From NCBI GenBank assembly GCA_023246415.1, contig JAHFIK010000002.1:1-58249 (forward strand): a stretch of DNA of 58,249 nt, given 5' to 3'. Each line of letters starts with the position of its first letter. Positions within the stretch are counted from its first letter, which is position 1. This stretch comes from Candidatus Uhrbacteria bacterium. Lineage in GTDB: Bacteria; Patescibacteriota; Patescibacteriia; 2-12-FULL-60-25. Of the stretch, positions 17,538 through 26,990 are shown in pieces. The notes below the pieces were generated by a model. The model worked only from the letters and a program-made list of their open reading frames with translations. It was not told the origin of the DNA and ran no database searches. The position numbers and the translations under genes were made by a program.

Positions 17538-17924
17538 ATGGCACGTATTGCAGGAGTAACGCTCCCAGCACAGAAGCGCATTGATATTGCGCTGACTTCT
17601 ATTTACGGCATTGGTCGTCCGACCGCCGAGAAGATTATCGCCTCGATCGGGATTGCCCCGGACGTCCGCGTGAAGGATTTGTCTGAAGCGCAGACGGATC
17701 AGCTTCGCGAGATCGTTGAAAAGGGTCATCGCGTTGAAGGCGATCTTCGTCGTGAAGTGCTCGGGAACATCAAGCGTCTGAAGGAAATTTCGTCCTACCG
17801 AGGGATTCGCCACATGAAGAAGTTGCCGGTGCGTGGTCAGCGGACAAAGACGAACAACCGGACGATTCGAGGCAATGTGCGTCGGACCATGGGATCTGGA
17901 AAGCGTAAGCTTGAAAAGACGTAA
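17538..17924 (+). CDS. rpsM: 30S ribosomal protein S13
   Basis: MARIAGV, IYGIG, EGDLRR, YRG.RH...[11 protein letters not shown]. Confidence 0.98.
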   Translation: MARIAGVTLPAQKRIDIALTSIYGIGRPTAEKIIASIGIAPDVRVKDLSEAQTDQLREIVEKGHRVEGDLRREVLGNIKRLKEISSYRGIRHMKKLPVRGQRTKTNNRTIRGNVRRTMGSGKRKLEKT

Positions 17925-17960
17925 ACTTGAGAATGAGTATTTTATTGTGATGATCATGCT

Positions 17961-18380
17961 ATGAGCGAACAGGACAAGAAAGAAAAAGCGCCCGCCCAAC
18001 CGGCGAAAACGCGAAAGAAGAAGGCGAAGCGCCAGGTCTCGACCGGGATGGTGTATGTTCAGGCGACGTTTAACAACACGATCGTCACCATCACCGATAC
18101 AGACGGAAACGTGCTTTCTTGGTCAAGTGCAGGTCATTGCGGATTCCGAGGTCCGAAGAAGGCGACGCCATATGCAGCGTCCGTGATCGTGAAGGATGCG
18201 GCTGAAAAGGCGATCGAACATGGATTGAAGGATGTGAGCGTCTTCGTTCGCGGAGTCGGTCAGGGTCGTGAAAGTGCCGTTCGTGCGTTGAACGCCCAGG
18301 GACTGAACGTGACGTCAATTAAGGATGTGACCCCGATCCCTCATAACGGATGTCGTCCAAAGCGACAGCGCCGCGTCTAA
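17961..18380 (+). CDS. rpsK: 30S ribosomal protein S11
   Basis: [30 protein letters not shown]. Confidence 0.98.
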   Translation: MSEQDKKEKAPAQPAKTRKKKAKRQVSTGMVYVQATFNNTIVTITDTDGNVLSWSSAGHCGFRGPKKATPYAASVIVKDAAEKAIEHGLKDVSVFVRGVGQGRESAVRALNAQGLNVTSIKDVTPIPHNGCRPKRQRRV

Positions 18381-18387
18381 AAAAGGT

Positions 18388-19002
18388 ATGAAGATGAAAA
18401 TTACTGCAAAAATGTCTCGTCGCGAGGGGGTTAACCTCGATGGCCGCGACAAGATCAGCCGCATTCTCGCGAAGCGTCCATACGCTCCGGGTGTTCATGG
18501 TCCATCCAGCCGCACACGTCAGACGGACTACGGAAAGCAGCTTCGCGAAAAGCAGAAGTGCCGCAGAATCTACGGCATGATGGAAAAGCAATTCCGAAAT
18601 CTCTTCGAAGAAGCAGCGCGCCGAAAGGGTGATACGGGTGCCTTGTTCATGAAGTTGCTCGAATCGCGTCTCGATAACGTTATCTTCCGTTCAGGATTTG
18701 CAAAAACACGCGCCATGGCCCGTCAGTTTGTGGGGCACGCGATGTTTGATGTGAACGGCGTTAAAGTGAATATCCCGTCATACCGTGTGAAGGCAGGGGA
18801 TCTCATTACGGTTCGACAGACGAAGAAATCAAAGGGGCCGTGGAAGGAGCTTGCAGAACAGTTGAAGAATCACCAGATGCCATCCTGGCTGACGGTTGAT
18901 CCAACAGAATTGTCGGTGCGCGTCACCGGAGCTCCAACGGACGACGAGCTGAAAAATCAACCATTCGACGTCAAGCCGATTGTCGAATTCTATTCTCGCT
19001 AA
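18388..19002 (+). CDS. rpsD: 30S ribosomal protein S4
   Basis: PG.HG, YG.QLREKQK, LESRLDNV, VNIPSY, IVEFYSR. Confidence 0.98.
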   Translation: MKMKITAKMSRREGVNLDGRDKISRILAKRPYAPGVHGPSSRTRQTDYGKQLREKQKCRRIYGMMEKQFRNLFEEAARRKGDTGALFMKLLESRLDNVIFRSGFAKTRAMARQFVGHAMFDVNGVKVNIPSYRVKAGDLITVRQTKKSKGPWKELAEQLKNHQMPSWLTVDPTELSVRVTGAPTDDELKNQPFDVKPIVEFYSR

Positions 19003-19023
19003 TCGTTCATTATTTCTTACGCT

Positions 19024-19755
19024 ATGGAGTCACTTCTTCTACCATCAAAAATCCGCTATGAGCGCGGTGAACGTCCAAATGAGGGCGTGTTTACGGTTGA
19101 GCCGTGTTCTCCTGGGTATGGAACCACGATTGGAAATGCGCTTCGCCGCGTGCTTCTGTCGTCACTTCCAGGCGCCGCCATCACAGCGGTGAAGATCAAG
19201 GGAGTCGATCACGAATTCTCGACGATCGAGGATGTGAAGGAAGATGTCGTTGAAGTCATTTTGAACTTGAAGTCCATTCGGATGAAGCTGTTTTCCGATG
19301 AACCGGTGAAGCTGTTCTTGAAGGCGTCCGGTGAAAAGACGATCACGGCGGCTGATTTTGAAAAGGATTCCCAGGTTGAAATCATGAATCCGACACAGCA
19401 GATTTGTACGCTGACGGATAAGAAGGCCACGCTCGAAATGGAGGTGACGATCGGTCCGGGTCGCGGATATCGCACGACAGAAGATCGCGTGAAGGAAAAG
19501 CTTGAACTCGGAAATATCGCAATCGACGCGCTGTACAGCCCGGTGTTGAATGTTTCGTATAAGGTTGAAGCGACACGTGTCGGTGAAAAGACGGACTTCG
19601 ATAAGCTCGTCTTGCGTATTGAAACAGATGGCACGGTTGACCCGAAAGATGCTGTCGATCAGTCTGTAAAAATCCTGTTAGACCACTTCAATCTCTTAGT
19701 GACGGTTGATGAGGGGGGATCTGAAAAAACGGAGGATAATGATGAAAATGTATGA
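19024..19755 (+). CDS. rpoA: RNA polymerase subunit alpha (N-terminal domain only)
   Basis: GYGTTIGNALRRVLLSS.PG, HEFS, GRGY, IDA.YSPV, TRVG..TDFDKL. Only 243 aa long. Confidence 0.97.
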   Translation: MESLLLPSKIRYERGERPNEGVFTVEPCSPGYGTTIGNALRRVLLSSLPGAAITAVKIKGVDHEFSTIEDVKEDVVEVILNLKSIRMKLFSDEPVKLFLKASGEKTITAADFEKDSQVEIMNPTQQICTLTDKKATLEMEVTIGPGRGYRTTEDRVKEKLELGNIAIDALYSPVLNVSYKVEATRVGEKTDFDKLVLRIETDGTVDPKDAVDQSVKILLDHFNLLVTVDEGGSEKTEDNDENV

Positions 19756-20105
19756 GACATCGAAGGAAAGATAAAACGCTCGACCGCGCAGCCGGTCCAC
19801 GCAAAGCTCTCTTACGCGGACTCGCGACGTCCGTCATCCTGTACGAGCACGCAAACACAACGCTCGCAAAAGCGAAAGTGATTCGTCCGCTTGTGGAGCG
19901 ATTGATTACGCGCGGAAAAGTGAAGACGCTTGCCTCCCGACGGAAACTCGCGGAGTACTTGTTGGTCGAATCTGCCGTGAACAAGGTGCTTGAAGAACTC
20001 GGACCTCGCTATGCGAAGCGCGCCGGCGGATATACGCGCATCATCAAGCTTGGGACGCGAAAGGGCGATGGGGCTGAAATCGCACAGATTCAACTCGTGA
20101 AGTAA
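19752..20105 (+). CDS. rplQ: 50S ribosomal protein L17
   Basis: MRHR, TT.AKAK, R.GGYTRIIKLG.R.GD.A. Confidence 0.98.
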   Translation: MRHRRKDKTLDRAAGPRKALLRGLATSVILYEHANTTLAKAKVIRPLVERLITRGKVKTLASRRKLAEYLLVESAVNKVLEELGPRYAKRAGGYTRIIKLGTRKGDGAEIAQIQLVK

Positions 20106-20109
20106 ATAT

Positions 20110-20493
20110 ATGCCGTGGAAGAAACAGAAAGGAATGCCGAAGGTTGAGCGCAAAACGCTCGTCATTGATGCTGCCGGAAAGGTGGTTGGTCGCGTGGCTA
20201 CACAGGCGGCTCACATCCTCATGGGAAAACACAAGGCGACGTTCGAGCATCACCTCGACGGCGGAGACTGCGTCAAGATCTTGAACGCCTCGAAAGCGGA
20301 GTTCACGGGAAAGAAGTGGGATGAAAAAGTCCACTTCCACTCCTCCAACCGTCCAGGCGGAATCAAGCGCGTCTCAGTAAAGAAGCTTCGCGAGGAACGC
20401 CCGGATGTGATTATCGCGCACGCGGTGAAGTACATGCTCCCGAAGAATACGCATTTGACTGCACGCTTAAAGCGTTTGACTGTGACCGCCTAG
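20110..20493 (+). CDS. rplM: 50S ribosomal protein L13
   Basis: IDA....GR.A, L.GKHK, D.GD.V...NA, AVK.MLPKN. Confidence 0.97.
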   Translation: MPWKKQKGMPKVERKTLVIDAAGKVVGRVATQAAHILMGKHKATFEHHLDGGDCVKILNASKAEFTGKKWDEKVHFHSSNRPGGIKRVSVKKLREERPDVIIAHAVKYMLPKNTHLTARLKRLTVTA

Positions 20494-20498
20494 CCGCT

Positions 20499-21059
20499 AT
20501 GCCTACAAAGACTGAAGAAAAGAAGGCTGATTCAAAAGCCGAAAAGAAAACGCCTGCTGCAAAGAAGGTGGCTCCAAAAGCCGAAAAGAAAGCGCCAGCG
20601 GCGAAGAAGGCTGCTGTGAAGGCGGACGAAACGGTGGAAGAGGCGCCGAAGATGGCGGACATGAAGAAAGGATCGTATCTGAGCGCGATTGGCCGCCGAA
20701 AGGAAGCGATTGCTCGGATCCGGATTATTAAGAACGGGAAGGGTGCGATGACGGTGAATGGCCGTCCGGCAACATCCTATTTTACAACCTACGAACTTCG
20801 GGAAATCGTTCAATCACCATTGAAGGCGGTTGGTCAGGATGATGCGGTGGATGTGAGCGCGAAGGTTCAGGGCGGCGGACTTCGAGGCCAGGCGGAAGCC
20901 GTTCGTCTCGGAACATCTCGAGCGCTCATCCAGTTGAACCCAACATTCCGAAAAGCATTGAAGAAACTTGGATTTTTGTCACGCGATGCACGCGTCAAGG
21001 AACGGAAAAAGTTCGGACTTCGCGGCGCCCGTCGTGCCAAGCAGTGGTCGAAACGGTAA
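20499..21059 (+). CDS. rpsI: 30S ribosomal protein S9 with a Lys/Ala-rich N-terminal extension
   Basis: GRRK.A.AR, GGG..GQA.A.R.G..RAL, RD.R.KERKK.G...ARRA.QWSKR. Confidence 0.98.
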   Translation: MPTKTEEKKADSKAEKKTPAAKKVAPKAEKKAPAAKKAAVKADETVEEAPKMADMKKGSYLSAIGRRKEAIARIRIIKNGKGAMTVNGRPATSYFTTYELREIVQSPLKAVGQDDAVDVSAKVQGGGLRGQAEAVRLGTSRALIQLNPTFRKALKKLGFLSRDARVKERKKFGLRGARRAKQWSKR

Positions 21060-21074
21060 TCAACAAGATATTCG

Positions 21075-21104
21075 AAACGAGATCGCATATGCGATCTCGT
21101 TTTT
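21075..21104 (+). terminator. Rho-independent terminator of the ribosomal cluster
   Basis: Perfect 28-bp palindrome aaacgagatcgcatatgcgatctcgttt running into a T tract. Confidence 0.8.
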
Positions 21105-21127
21105 GATCTCGGTGGTTCCTGTAGATT

Positions 21128-21156
21128 TGGACGTCATTCAACGTACCCGCTATGAT
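21128..21156 (+). promoter_or_regulatory. Putative sigma70 promoter for the glycan operon (near-leaderless)
   Basis: TGGACG-N17-TATGAT, with ATG 8 nt downstream. Confidence 0.5.
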
Positions 21157-21164
21157 TCTGTGAC

Positions 21165-22640
21165 ATGACAACAGGAAAAACGATCGCGAAAAATGCATCC
21201 TGGCTGTTGATGGCCACGACCGCGCAGAAATTTTTGGCGTTTGTCGCCTTTACAGCCGCTGCACGAATCGTAGGCGCAGAAGTGACGGGGCAGTATTTTT
21301 TTGCGGTGGCGATCACATCGACATTTGTTATCTTTGCAGATTTGGGGCTGACCCCGGTGGTCATTCGGGCCATGGCCGCGGATGTTGATCGGGGCCGGAG
21401 ATATTTGAGTGCGGTCGTCCGACTGAAGACAATCTTGATTCCGATTGCGATTGTGAGCGCATTGGTCTATGCGGGCATCCGCGATGTGAGTGTAACGGTT
21501 TGGCAGACGCTCTTTATCATGATCGTCGTGATGTCGCTTGATTCGATTCATCTCGCGTTCTATGGCGCGTTGCGAGGGAAGCAACGACTTTCCTTTGAAG
21601 CGATCGGCATGTTTATCGGTCAGGTGTTATCGACCGTTGTGGCGATTTCTGCCGCATTTTTGGGGTGGGGAGCGCCAGGACTGGCGGCCGCGCTGTGTGT
21701 AGCAAGCGCATGGAATGTCGGATGGTCAAAGTGGCAAGTGGATCGGAATGAAACGTCGCAACTCGCAGCGTCGCGGGAAGATGTCCGTATGGTCATTCGG
21801 CAAGCCGTTCCCTTTGCGCTGGCTGGCATCTTCGTAAAAATTTATTCGTACTTGGATACGATGGTGATTGAGGCGTTTCACGGAACGGCGGCGGTCGGAA
21901 CATATGCGGTGGCGTATAAAGTGACCTACGCATTTCAATTCTTCCCCTTGGTATTCGTTGCCGCGCTCTATCCGGCAATGAGCAATGTGTATGCAAAAGG
22001 GGACCGGAAAACGTTGACGGATGTGTTTGCGGGCGCGTTGCGGTTGATGGCGATCATCGTCGCTCCGCTTGCGGCGGGAATCTCTGCCATCGCGCCTCGA
22101 TTTATTCCGATGTTTTACGGAAGCGCCTTTTTAGGATCGATTCCTGCACTGTCGATTTTGGCGTGGGTGTTGATTCCGATCTTTTTTGATTTTCCGGTCG
22201 GCTCGTTATTGAATGCGTCGCATCGTGCGCATATTAAAACGATGACGATGGGGGTGGCGATGGTGATTAATGCGGTGCTGAACATCTTACTTGTGCCGGT
22301 ATTTGGGCCGGTTGGAGCAGCTATTTCAGGTGTCGGGAGCTTCACTTGCCTGATGATTGTTGGTCTGTTTTTCGCTCGGCACGATCTTCCGTCGGCGGGC
22401 TGGATGGCCTGGTTATTTATCCGAACGTGCTTGGTGGGTGGGATTGAATGGATTGCGATTCGAACGCTTGGTGCTGCCATGCCATTCGTCTTTGATGTCT
22501 TGTTTGGCGCGGCAATTGGTGTGGTTGGGTTGTTGGTAACGCGTTTATTAACGGTTGAGGATTTGAAATCCGGACTTGGATGGCTGAAGCGGAAAGTGGG
22601 CCGCTCAGAAGATCCTGAAGATGAACAGCTTCATGCGTGA
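21165..22640 (+). CDS. Wzx-type polysaccharide flippase (MOP superfamily)
   Basis: IAKNA, ADLGL, D..VI.......VG.YAVAY, N..LN.LLVP.FG.VGAA and many TM segments. Confidence 0.9.
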   Translation: MTTGKTIAKNASWLLMATTAQKFLAFVAFTAAARIVGAEVTGQYFFAVAITSTFVIFADLGLTPVVIRAMAADVDRGRRYLSAVVRLKTILIPIAIVSALVYAGIRDVSVTVWQTLFIMIVVMSLDSIHLAFYGALRGKQRLSFEAIGMFIGQVLSTVVAISAAFLGWGAPGLAAALCVASAWNVGWSKWQVDRNETSQLAASREDVRMVIRQAVPFALAGIFVKIYSYLDTMVIEAFHGTAAVGTYAVAYKVTYAFQFFPLVFVAALYPAMSNVYAKGDRKTLTDVFAGALRLMAIIVAPLAAGISAIAPRFIPMFYGSAFLGSIPALSILAWVLIPIFFDFPVGSLLNASHRAHIKTMTMGVAMVINAVLNILLVPVFGPVGAAISGVGSFTCLMIVGLFFARHDLPSAGWMAWLFIRTCLVGGIEWIAIRTLGAAMPFVFDVLFGAAIGVVGLLVTRLLTVEDLKSGLGWLKRKVGRSEDPEDEQLHA

Positions 22641-23742
22641 TCACGCGCCATTTGTTCTCCTGACGACGGATTACCCGCCACAGCGTGGTGGGGTCGCTCG
22701 TTATCTCTCAGCACTGGTTGAAGGATCGAGTGGTCAGATGCGCGTGATCGTTCCCGAAGAGCTGCGCGCGACTGGGGATCAGGTTGAACGGAAGCATCTG
22801 TTTTGGTCCGTCTGGCCCCGTTGGTGGCCGATGGTGAGGGTCTGTCGGGAGTTGGGGGCAGATCCTTGTACGCTTGTGGTCAGTCAGATCCTCCCGGTGG
22901 GGACGGCTGCTCGCATTGCGCGGATGTTTGGGGGTGCCCCGTATGTGGTGATTTGCCACGGGATGGACGTTCGTCTTGCGGAGCGGTCATCTTGGAAGCG
23001 TAGCCTTGCGCGATGGATTCTTCGTGGAGCGACGCGCGTGATCGCGAATAGTCATTCGACATCAGATGTCGTGACAAGAATTTCCGGAATTGTTCCTGGA
23101 ATTGTTTATCCTGGCGGGGTTCGGACTGATCTCCCTGACCGTGGCACAGCACGGACACGTCTTGGGGTTGGTTCAGAGGAACATGTGATTTTATCTGTTG
23201 CACGACTGGTTGAACGAAAGGGGATTGACCATCTGATTTCTGCGGTTGGTATGTTGCCGACGGCGGATCAGGTGCGATTGGTCGTGATCGGAGATGGACC
23301 GGAGTTAAAGTTATTGCAATCGGCCGCACAGGGGTCTCCGCATCGCATTGATTTCTTTACCGATGCGTCTGATGCGTGTGCTGCGGAATGGTACGCAGCG
23401 TCGGACGTCTTCTGCCTTCCCGCGCGAGAGTCTTCGACGGATGTGGAGGGGTTTGGCATCGTCTTTATCGAGGCAGCGTCAGCTGGATTACCAGTCATCG
23501 CGGGAAAGACCGGAGGTGTTTCGGAAGCAGTGGTGGATGGCGAGACAGGCTTGCTCATTGACCCGACGGATACGCGTGAACTTGCTCGGACGTTGTTGCG
23601 CGTCCTGGGAGATGCGGATCTTCGGAAACGACTTGGTGATGCCGGACGGATGCGGGCCCTTCGCGATTTTCGATGGGAGACGCGCTGGAGCCAATTGATT
23701 GCCGTCCTTGCGAGTGGGGAAATGCGGATACATCAGAAGTGA
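22633..23742 (+). CDS. Glycosyltransferase family 4
   Basis: DYPP..GG, HG.D, RL..RKG, EGFGIVFIEA, GGV.E.V.DG.TG. Confidence 0.92.
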   Translation: MRDHAPFVLLTTDYPPQRGGVARYLSALVEGSSGQMRVIVPEELRATGDQVERKHLFWSVWPRWWPMVRVCRELGADPCTLVVSQILPVGTAARIARMFGGAPYVVICHGMDVRLAERSSWKRSLARWILRGATRVIANSHSTSDVVTRISGIVPGIVYPGGVRTDLPDRGTARTRLGVGSEEHVILSVARLVERKGIDHLISAVGMLPTADQVRLVVIGDGPELKLLQSAAQGSPHRIDFFTDASDACAAEWYAASDVFCLPARESSTDVEGFGIVFIEAASAGLPVIAGKTGGVSEAVVDGETGLLIDPTDTRELARTLLRVLGDADLRKRLGDAGRMRALRDFRWETRWSQLIAVLASGEMRIHQK

Positions 23743-23793
23743 ATGATTAATTGCGTATCATCGTTTGATTGCGTAGGATGAGGTTCTGTTCAT

Positions 23794-24528
23794 ATGAATC
23801 GGGTATCAACGACGCGGCCACTCGTGAGCATCATTGTTCCTTCGTGGAATAATGGTCCGGAGTTGATTTTGTGTCTGAAATCACTTGATGAGCAATCCTA
23901 TCGTCCATTTAACGTGATTGTGGTCGACGATGCGTCAACGGATGACACGGCGGCGCAGCTCGCCGTGCTCCATGTTTCGTTTCCACTCACGGTTGTCTCT
24001 CAGGTTGAACGCCGTGGGGCGGCGGCGGCGCGGAATGTGGGCGCGAAAATAGCGACGGGGGAATATCTTTTGTTTGTGGATTCAGACGAGGTGCTTCGTC
24101 CGCATGCAATTGATCGAATGATGATTGAATTGGATCGACATCCAGAAGCCGCATTTACGTATCCGGCTCATCGATTTGGGTGGAAGTTGTTTCGAAGTCG
24201 GCCGTTTGATCTGAATGCGTTGCGGACAGCGCCGTATATTCATACAACGGCATTGATGCGCCGCGCCGCATTTCCAGGCTTTGACGAATCGCTCAAAAAG
24301 TTCCAAGATTGGGACCTCTGGTTGACGATCGCTGAACGCGGTGGAAAAGGGGTCTGGATTTCAGAAGAACTTTTCACGATCAACATGGCAAAATCAACAA
24401 TGAGTCGCTGGATGCCCTCAATCGTTCATCGTTTGCCCTGGCCGATTATGGGGTGGACGCCGAGGGAGCTGTTACGGTATCGGGAGTGGGAAAAGATCAT
24501 AAAAAAGAAACATCGGATCGCAGGATAA
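23794..24528 (+). CDS. Glycosyltransferase family 2
   Basis: VSIIVP, VVDDASTD, ARN.G, FVDSD, QDWDLW. Confidence 0.92.
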   Translation: MNRVSTTRPLVSIIVPSWNNGPELILCLKSLDEQSYRPFNVIVVDDASTDDTAAQLAVLHVSFPLTVVSQVERRGAAAARNVGAKIATGEYLLFVDSDEVLRPHAIDRMMIELDRHPEAAFTYPAHRFGWKLFRSRPFDLNALRTAPYIHTTALMRRAAFPGFDESLKKFQDWDLWLTIAERGGKGVWISEELFTINMAKSTMSRWMPSIVHRLPWPIMGWTPRELLRYREWEKIIKKKHRIAG

Positions 24529-24531
24529 CGC

Positions 24532-26916
24532 ATGGATCTTCGAATTATTATCGTCACCTACAATAATCGCTCAACCATCGAGCGATTATTGTCGTCGCTA
24601 CCTGCGGCATGCTTAGGGTTGAGTTGGGAGGTGACGGTCGTGGACAATGCGTCGAGCGATGGAACCGTGTCAGGGGTGGAGCAGCGCGTGTGGGGGATGA
24701 GCGGATTGCGATTGATTCAGAATACTGAGAATCGAGGGTTTGCCGCGGCATGCAATCAGGGCCTCGCTGGTTCGGAGGCACGGTATGATCTCTTATTGAA
24801 TCCAGACACCGTCTGTCCATCTCAATCGCTCACGTCGCTTGTCCATGCGGCAGATGCGCATCCGCGCGCAGGGATCATTGGTCCAAAATTACTGAATGAA
24901 GATGGAAGCGTTCAGACGAGTATCCGACGTTTTCCTCAATTTTGGGATCAGGTTGGGATTCTCTTAAAACTTCATAATTTCTTTCCCGGTCTGCCAGGAT
25001 TCAAGCGCTATTTCGCGTCCGATCTCTCGTTGGATCAGGAGGCGGTTGTTGATCAGGTGATGGGTGCCTGTTTCTTAATTCGACGTGAGCTTATTGCGCA
25101 GATTGGCGGCTTGGATGAACGTTACTTTGCATGGTACGAGGAGGTTGATTACTGCGTAACGGCAAAACGGGCTGGATGGGACGTTGTGTATATTCCATCA
25201 GTCAGCGTGATTCATGGCGGCGGACATTCGTTCGCTCAAGTGTTCGCCGTCAAGAAACAGAAAATTCTTAACGCGAGCCTCTCCGCATATGCGAAAAAAT
25301 GGTGGGGGACTGCACCATGGATCGTAATACGATGTCTGAGCCCGATTTCACTTGCACTCGCCTGGCTCGCAGAACGTTTGGGATTCGCTGGAGCCGGAAG
25401 CCGCCGCGTCCTTCATCGTGAGACGTCTCCGGGGGCGACTGATGTCGAAGATCAGAAACGACGGACGACGGACGACGGACGACGGACGATCCTACTTTGG
25501 CTTCTCGCTATTCTTGCGATGGAAGCGATTTCAGCTGCAACCATTTTCCATAACAGTGCGAATTCAATCGCCACAATCCTTCTGACGGGGGTCGTTGCGT
25601 TGATCAGTTTCAAGCGTCCGACCATGGGGTTGGCGATGCTGGCATTGGAACTCGTGATTGGATCCATGGGGTCCTTGTTACAGGTCGGAGGATGGCCCGG
25701 TCTTTCGATTCGGATCTGTCTCTTTGCGGCATTTTTTATCGGATGGGGCGGAAATCTCCTTGCGACGAAACGTCTCACGGCGCTGACGAGATTGATTCGT
25801 CCGCGATCTGAATGGATGTTTGTTGCGATCATGGTGGCCTATGGGTGTATTCGCGGTTTTCTGTTAAAGAATGTTTTTCTCATTGCAGACGTCAATGCGT
25901 GGGTTTTTCTTGCGCTCTTGCTTCCGGTGCTTGATTTGGCGGAACGCGATGGGCTGCGACTCCGATCTGATGTGCTTCCGGCCATCATCGCGGGGATCTG
26001 CTGGCTCGGGATTGAGACGTTGGGTTTGGAATATCTCTTTAGTCATGGGTTTGCCGGGATCGCTTCGAATGCGTATCTTTGGGTTCGACGAACAGGGGTC
26101 GGAGAGGTCACGTTGGTGACCGTGAACGCGTTCAGAATATTCTTGCAGTCGCATATCTACGCGATGGTTGGGCTGCTTGGAATGGCCGGTTGGCTGCTCG
26201 CATCAAAGTCGTCGCGACGTTTGAACGATTTCTTTTTGATCCTCTGTCTCACGTCGCTAGGGATCTCTCTTTCCCGGAGCATCTGGATTGGGACGTTCGT
26301 TGGGATGGTGGCGCTGTGTGTGATGCTAAGGAAGTCGTTCTCGGTCGCATTTGCAGCGCGATTCATCGCTGATGGGATCGTGGCGCTTGCATTGATATTT
26401 GTCGTCATCGCGTTCCCGATCCCGCACGTTGATTACGCCTCTCTGAAGGATCTCTTTGGTTCACGCGTTTCAACGAGTGATGCAGCGGCACAGAGTCGAT
26501 GGAGCCTGTTTCCCGTGGTGGCCGCGAAGATTAGACAAGCGCCGCTTCTCGGTCATGGGTTTGGCGCGACGATTACATATGCGTCAAAAGATCCTCGCAT
26601 TGTTGCCCAAGGAAAAGGGGGCATGATCACAGAGTATGCCTTTGAGTGGGGTTGGCTTGAGCATTGGGTCAAGATGGGTGTCTTCGGGGTTCTCGCCATG
26701 GGATACCTTCTTTGGAGGCTGATCCGACGGTTGCTTGCATCTTCGGAGCCAGATTGGATTCGATTCGCTGGGGTTTCGATTGTGTTGGGACTTGCAGTGA
26801 CGCATTTCTTGACTCCGTATTTGAACCATCCGCTCGGTTTCGGTATTTTGTTGATCATTGAGGGGGTGATTTCAACGTCCTCGCGACGCGATACGACGGT
26901 GCGGCTCCAGGCCTAG
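24532..26916 (+). CDS. Fusion of a GT2 (WbbL-like) domain and an O-antigen ligase/polymerase-like (Wzy_C/WaaL) membrane domain
   Basis: The N-terminus has VVDNAS.D, N.GFA...NQG, LLNPD, GAC and YEEVD. The C-terminus has multiple TM segments, SLSRS.W, S...R and PLLGHGFG. Confidence 0.85.
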   Translation: MDLRIIIVTYNNRSTIERLLSSLPAACLGLSWEVTVVDNASSDGTVSGVEQRVWGMSGLRLIQNTENRGFAAACNQGLAGSEARYDLLLNPDTVCPSQSLTSLVHAADAHPRAGIIGPKLLNEDGSVQTSIRRFPQFWDQVGILLKLHNFFPGLPGFKRYFASDLSLDQEAVVDQVMGACFLIRRELIAQIGGLDERYFAWYEEVDYCVTAKRAGWDVVYIPSVSVIHGGGHSFAQVFAVKKQKILNASLSAYAKKWWGTAPWIVIRCLSPISLALAWLAERLGFAGAGSRRVLHRETSPGATDVEDQKRRTTDDGRRTILLWLLAILAMEAISAATIFHNSANSIATILLTGVVALISFKRPTMGLAMLALELVIGSMGSLLQVGGWPGLSIRICLFAAFFIGWGGNLLATKRLTALTRLIRPRSEWMFVAIMVAYGCIRGFLLKNVFLIADVNAWVFLALLLPVLDLAERDGLRLRSDVLPAIIAGICWLGIETLGLEYLFSHGFAGIASNAYLWVRRTGVGEVTLVTVNAFRIFLQSHIYAMVGLLGMAGWLLASKSSRRLNDFFLILCLTSLGISLSRSIWIGTFVGMVALCVMLRKSFSVAFAARFIADGIVALALIFVVIAFPIPHVDYASLKDLFGSRVSTSDAAAQSRWSLFPVVAAKIRQAPLLGHGFGATITYASKDPRIVAQGKGGMITEYAFEWGWLEHWVKMGVFGVLAMGYLLWRLIRRLLASSEPDWIRFAGVSIVLGLAVTHFLTPYLNHPLGFGILLIIEGVISTSSRRDTTVRLQA
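25458..25489 (+). repeat. Intragenic perfect 7-mer tandem repeat (ACGACGG) x4 plus ACGA
   Basis: acgacgg x4 encodes RRTTDDGRRT in the inter-domain linker. Confidence 0.9.
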
Positions 26917-26990
26917 GGTTGGGTTGTCTCAATCCTCGGATCGTGATACACCTCACGCGCCATTTTGGCGCGTTTTTAGGAGGTATTTAC

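Noticed and set aside
15085-25489. Tandem repeats as CRISPR arrays
   Set aside because: The units are 7-8 nt with no spacers, and no cas genes are present.
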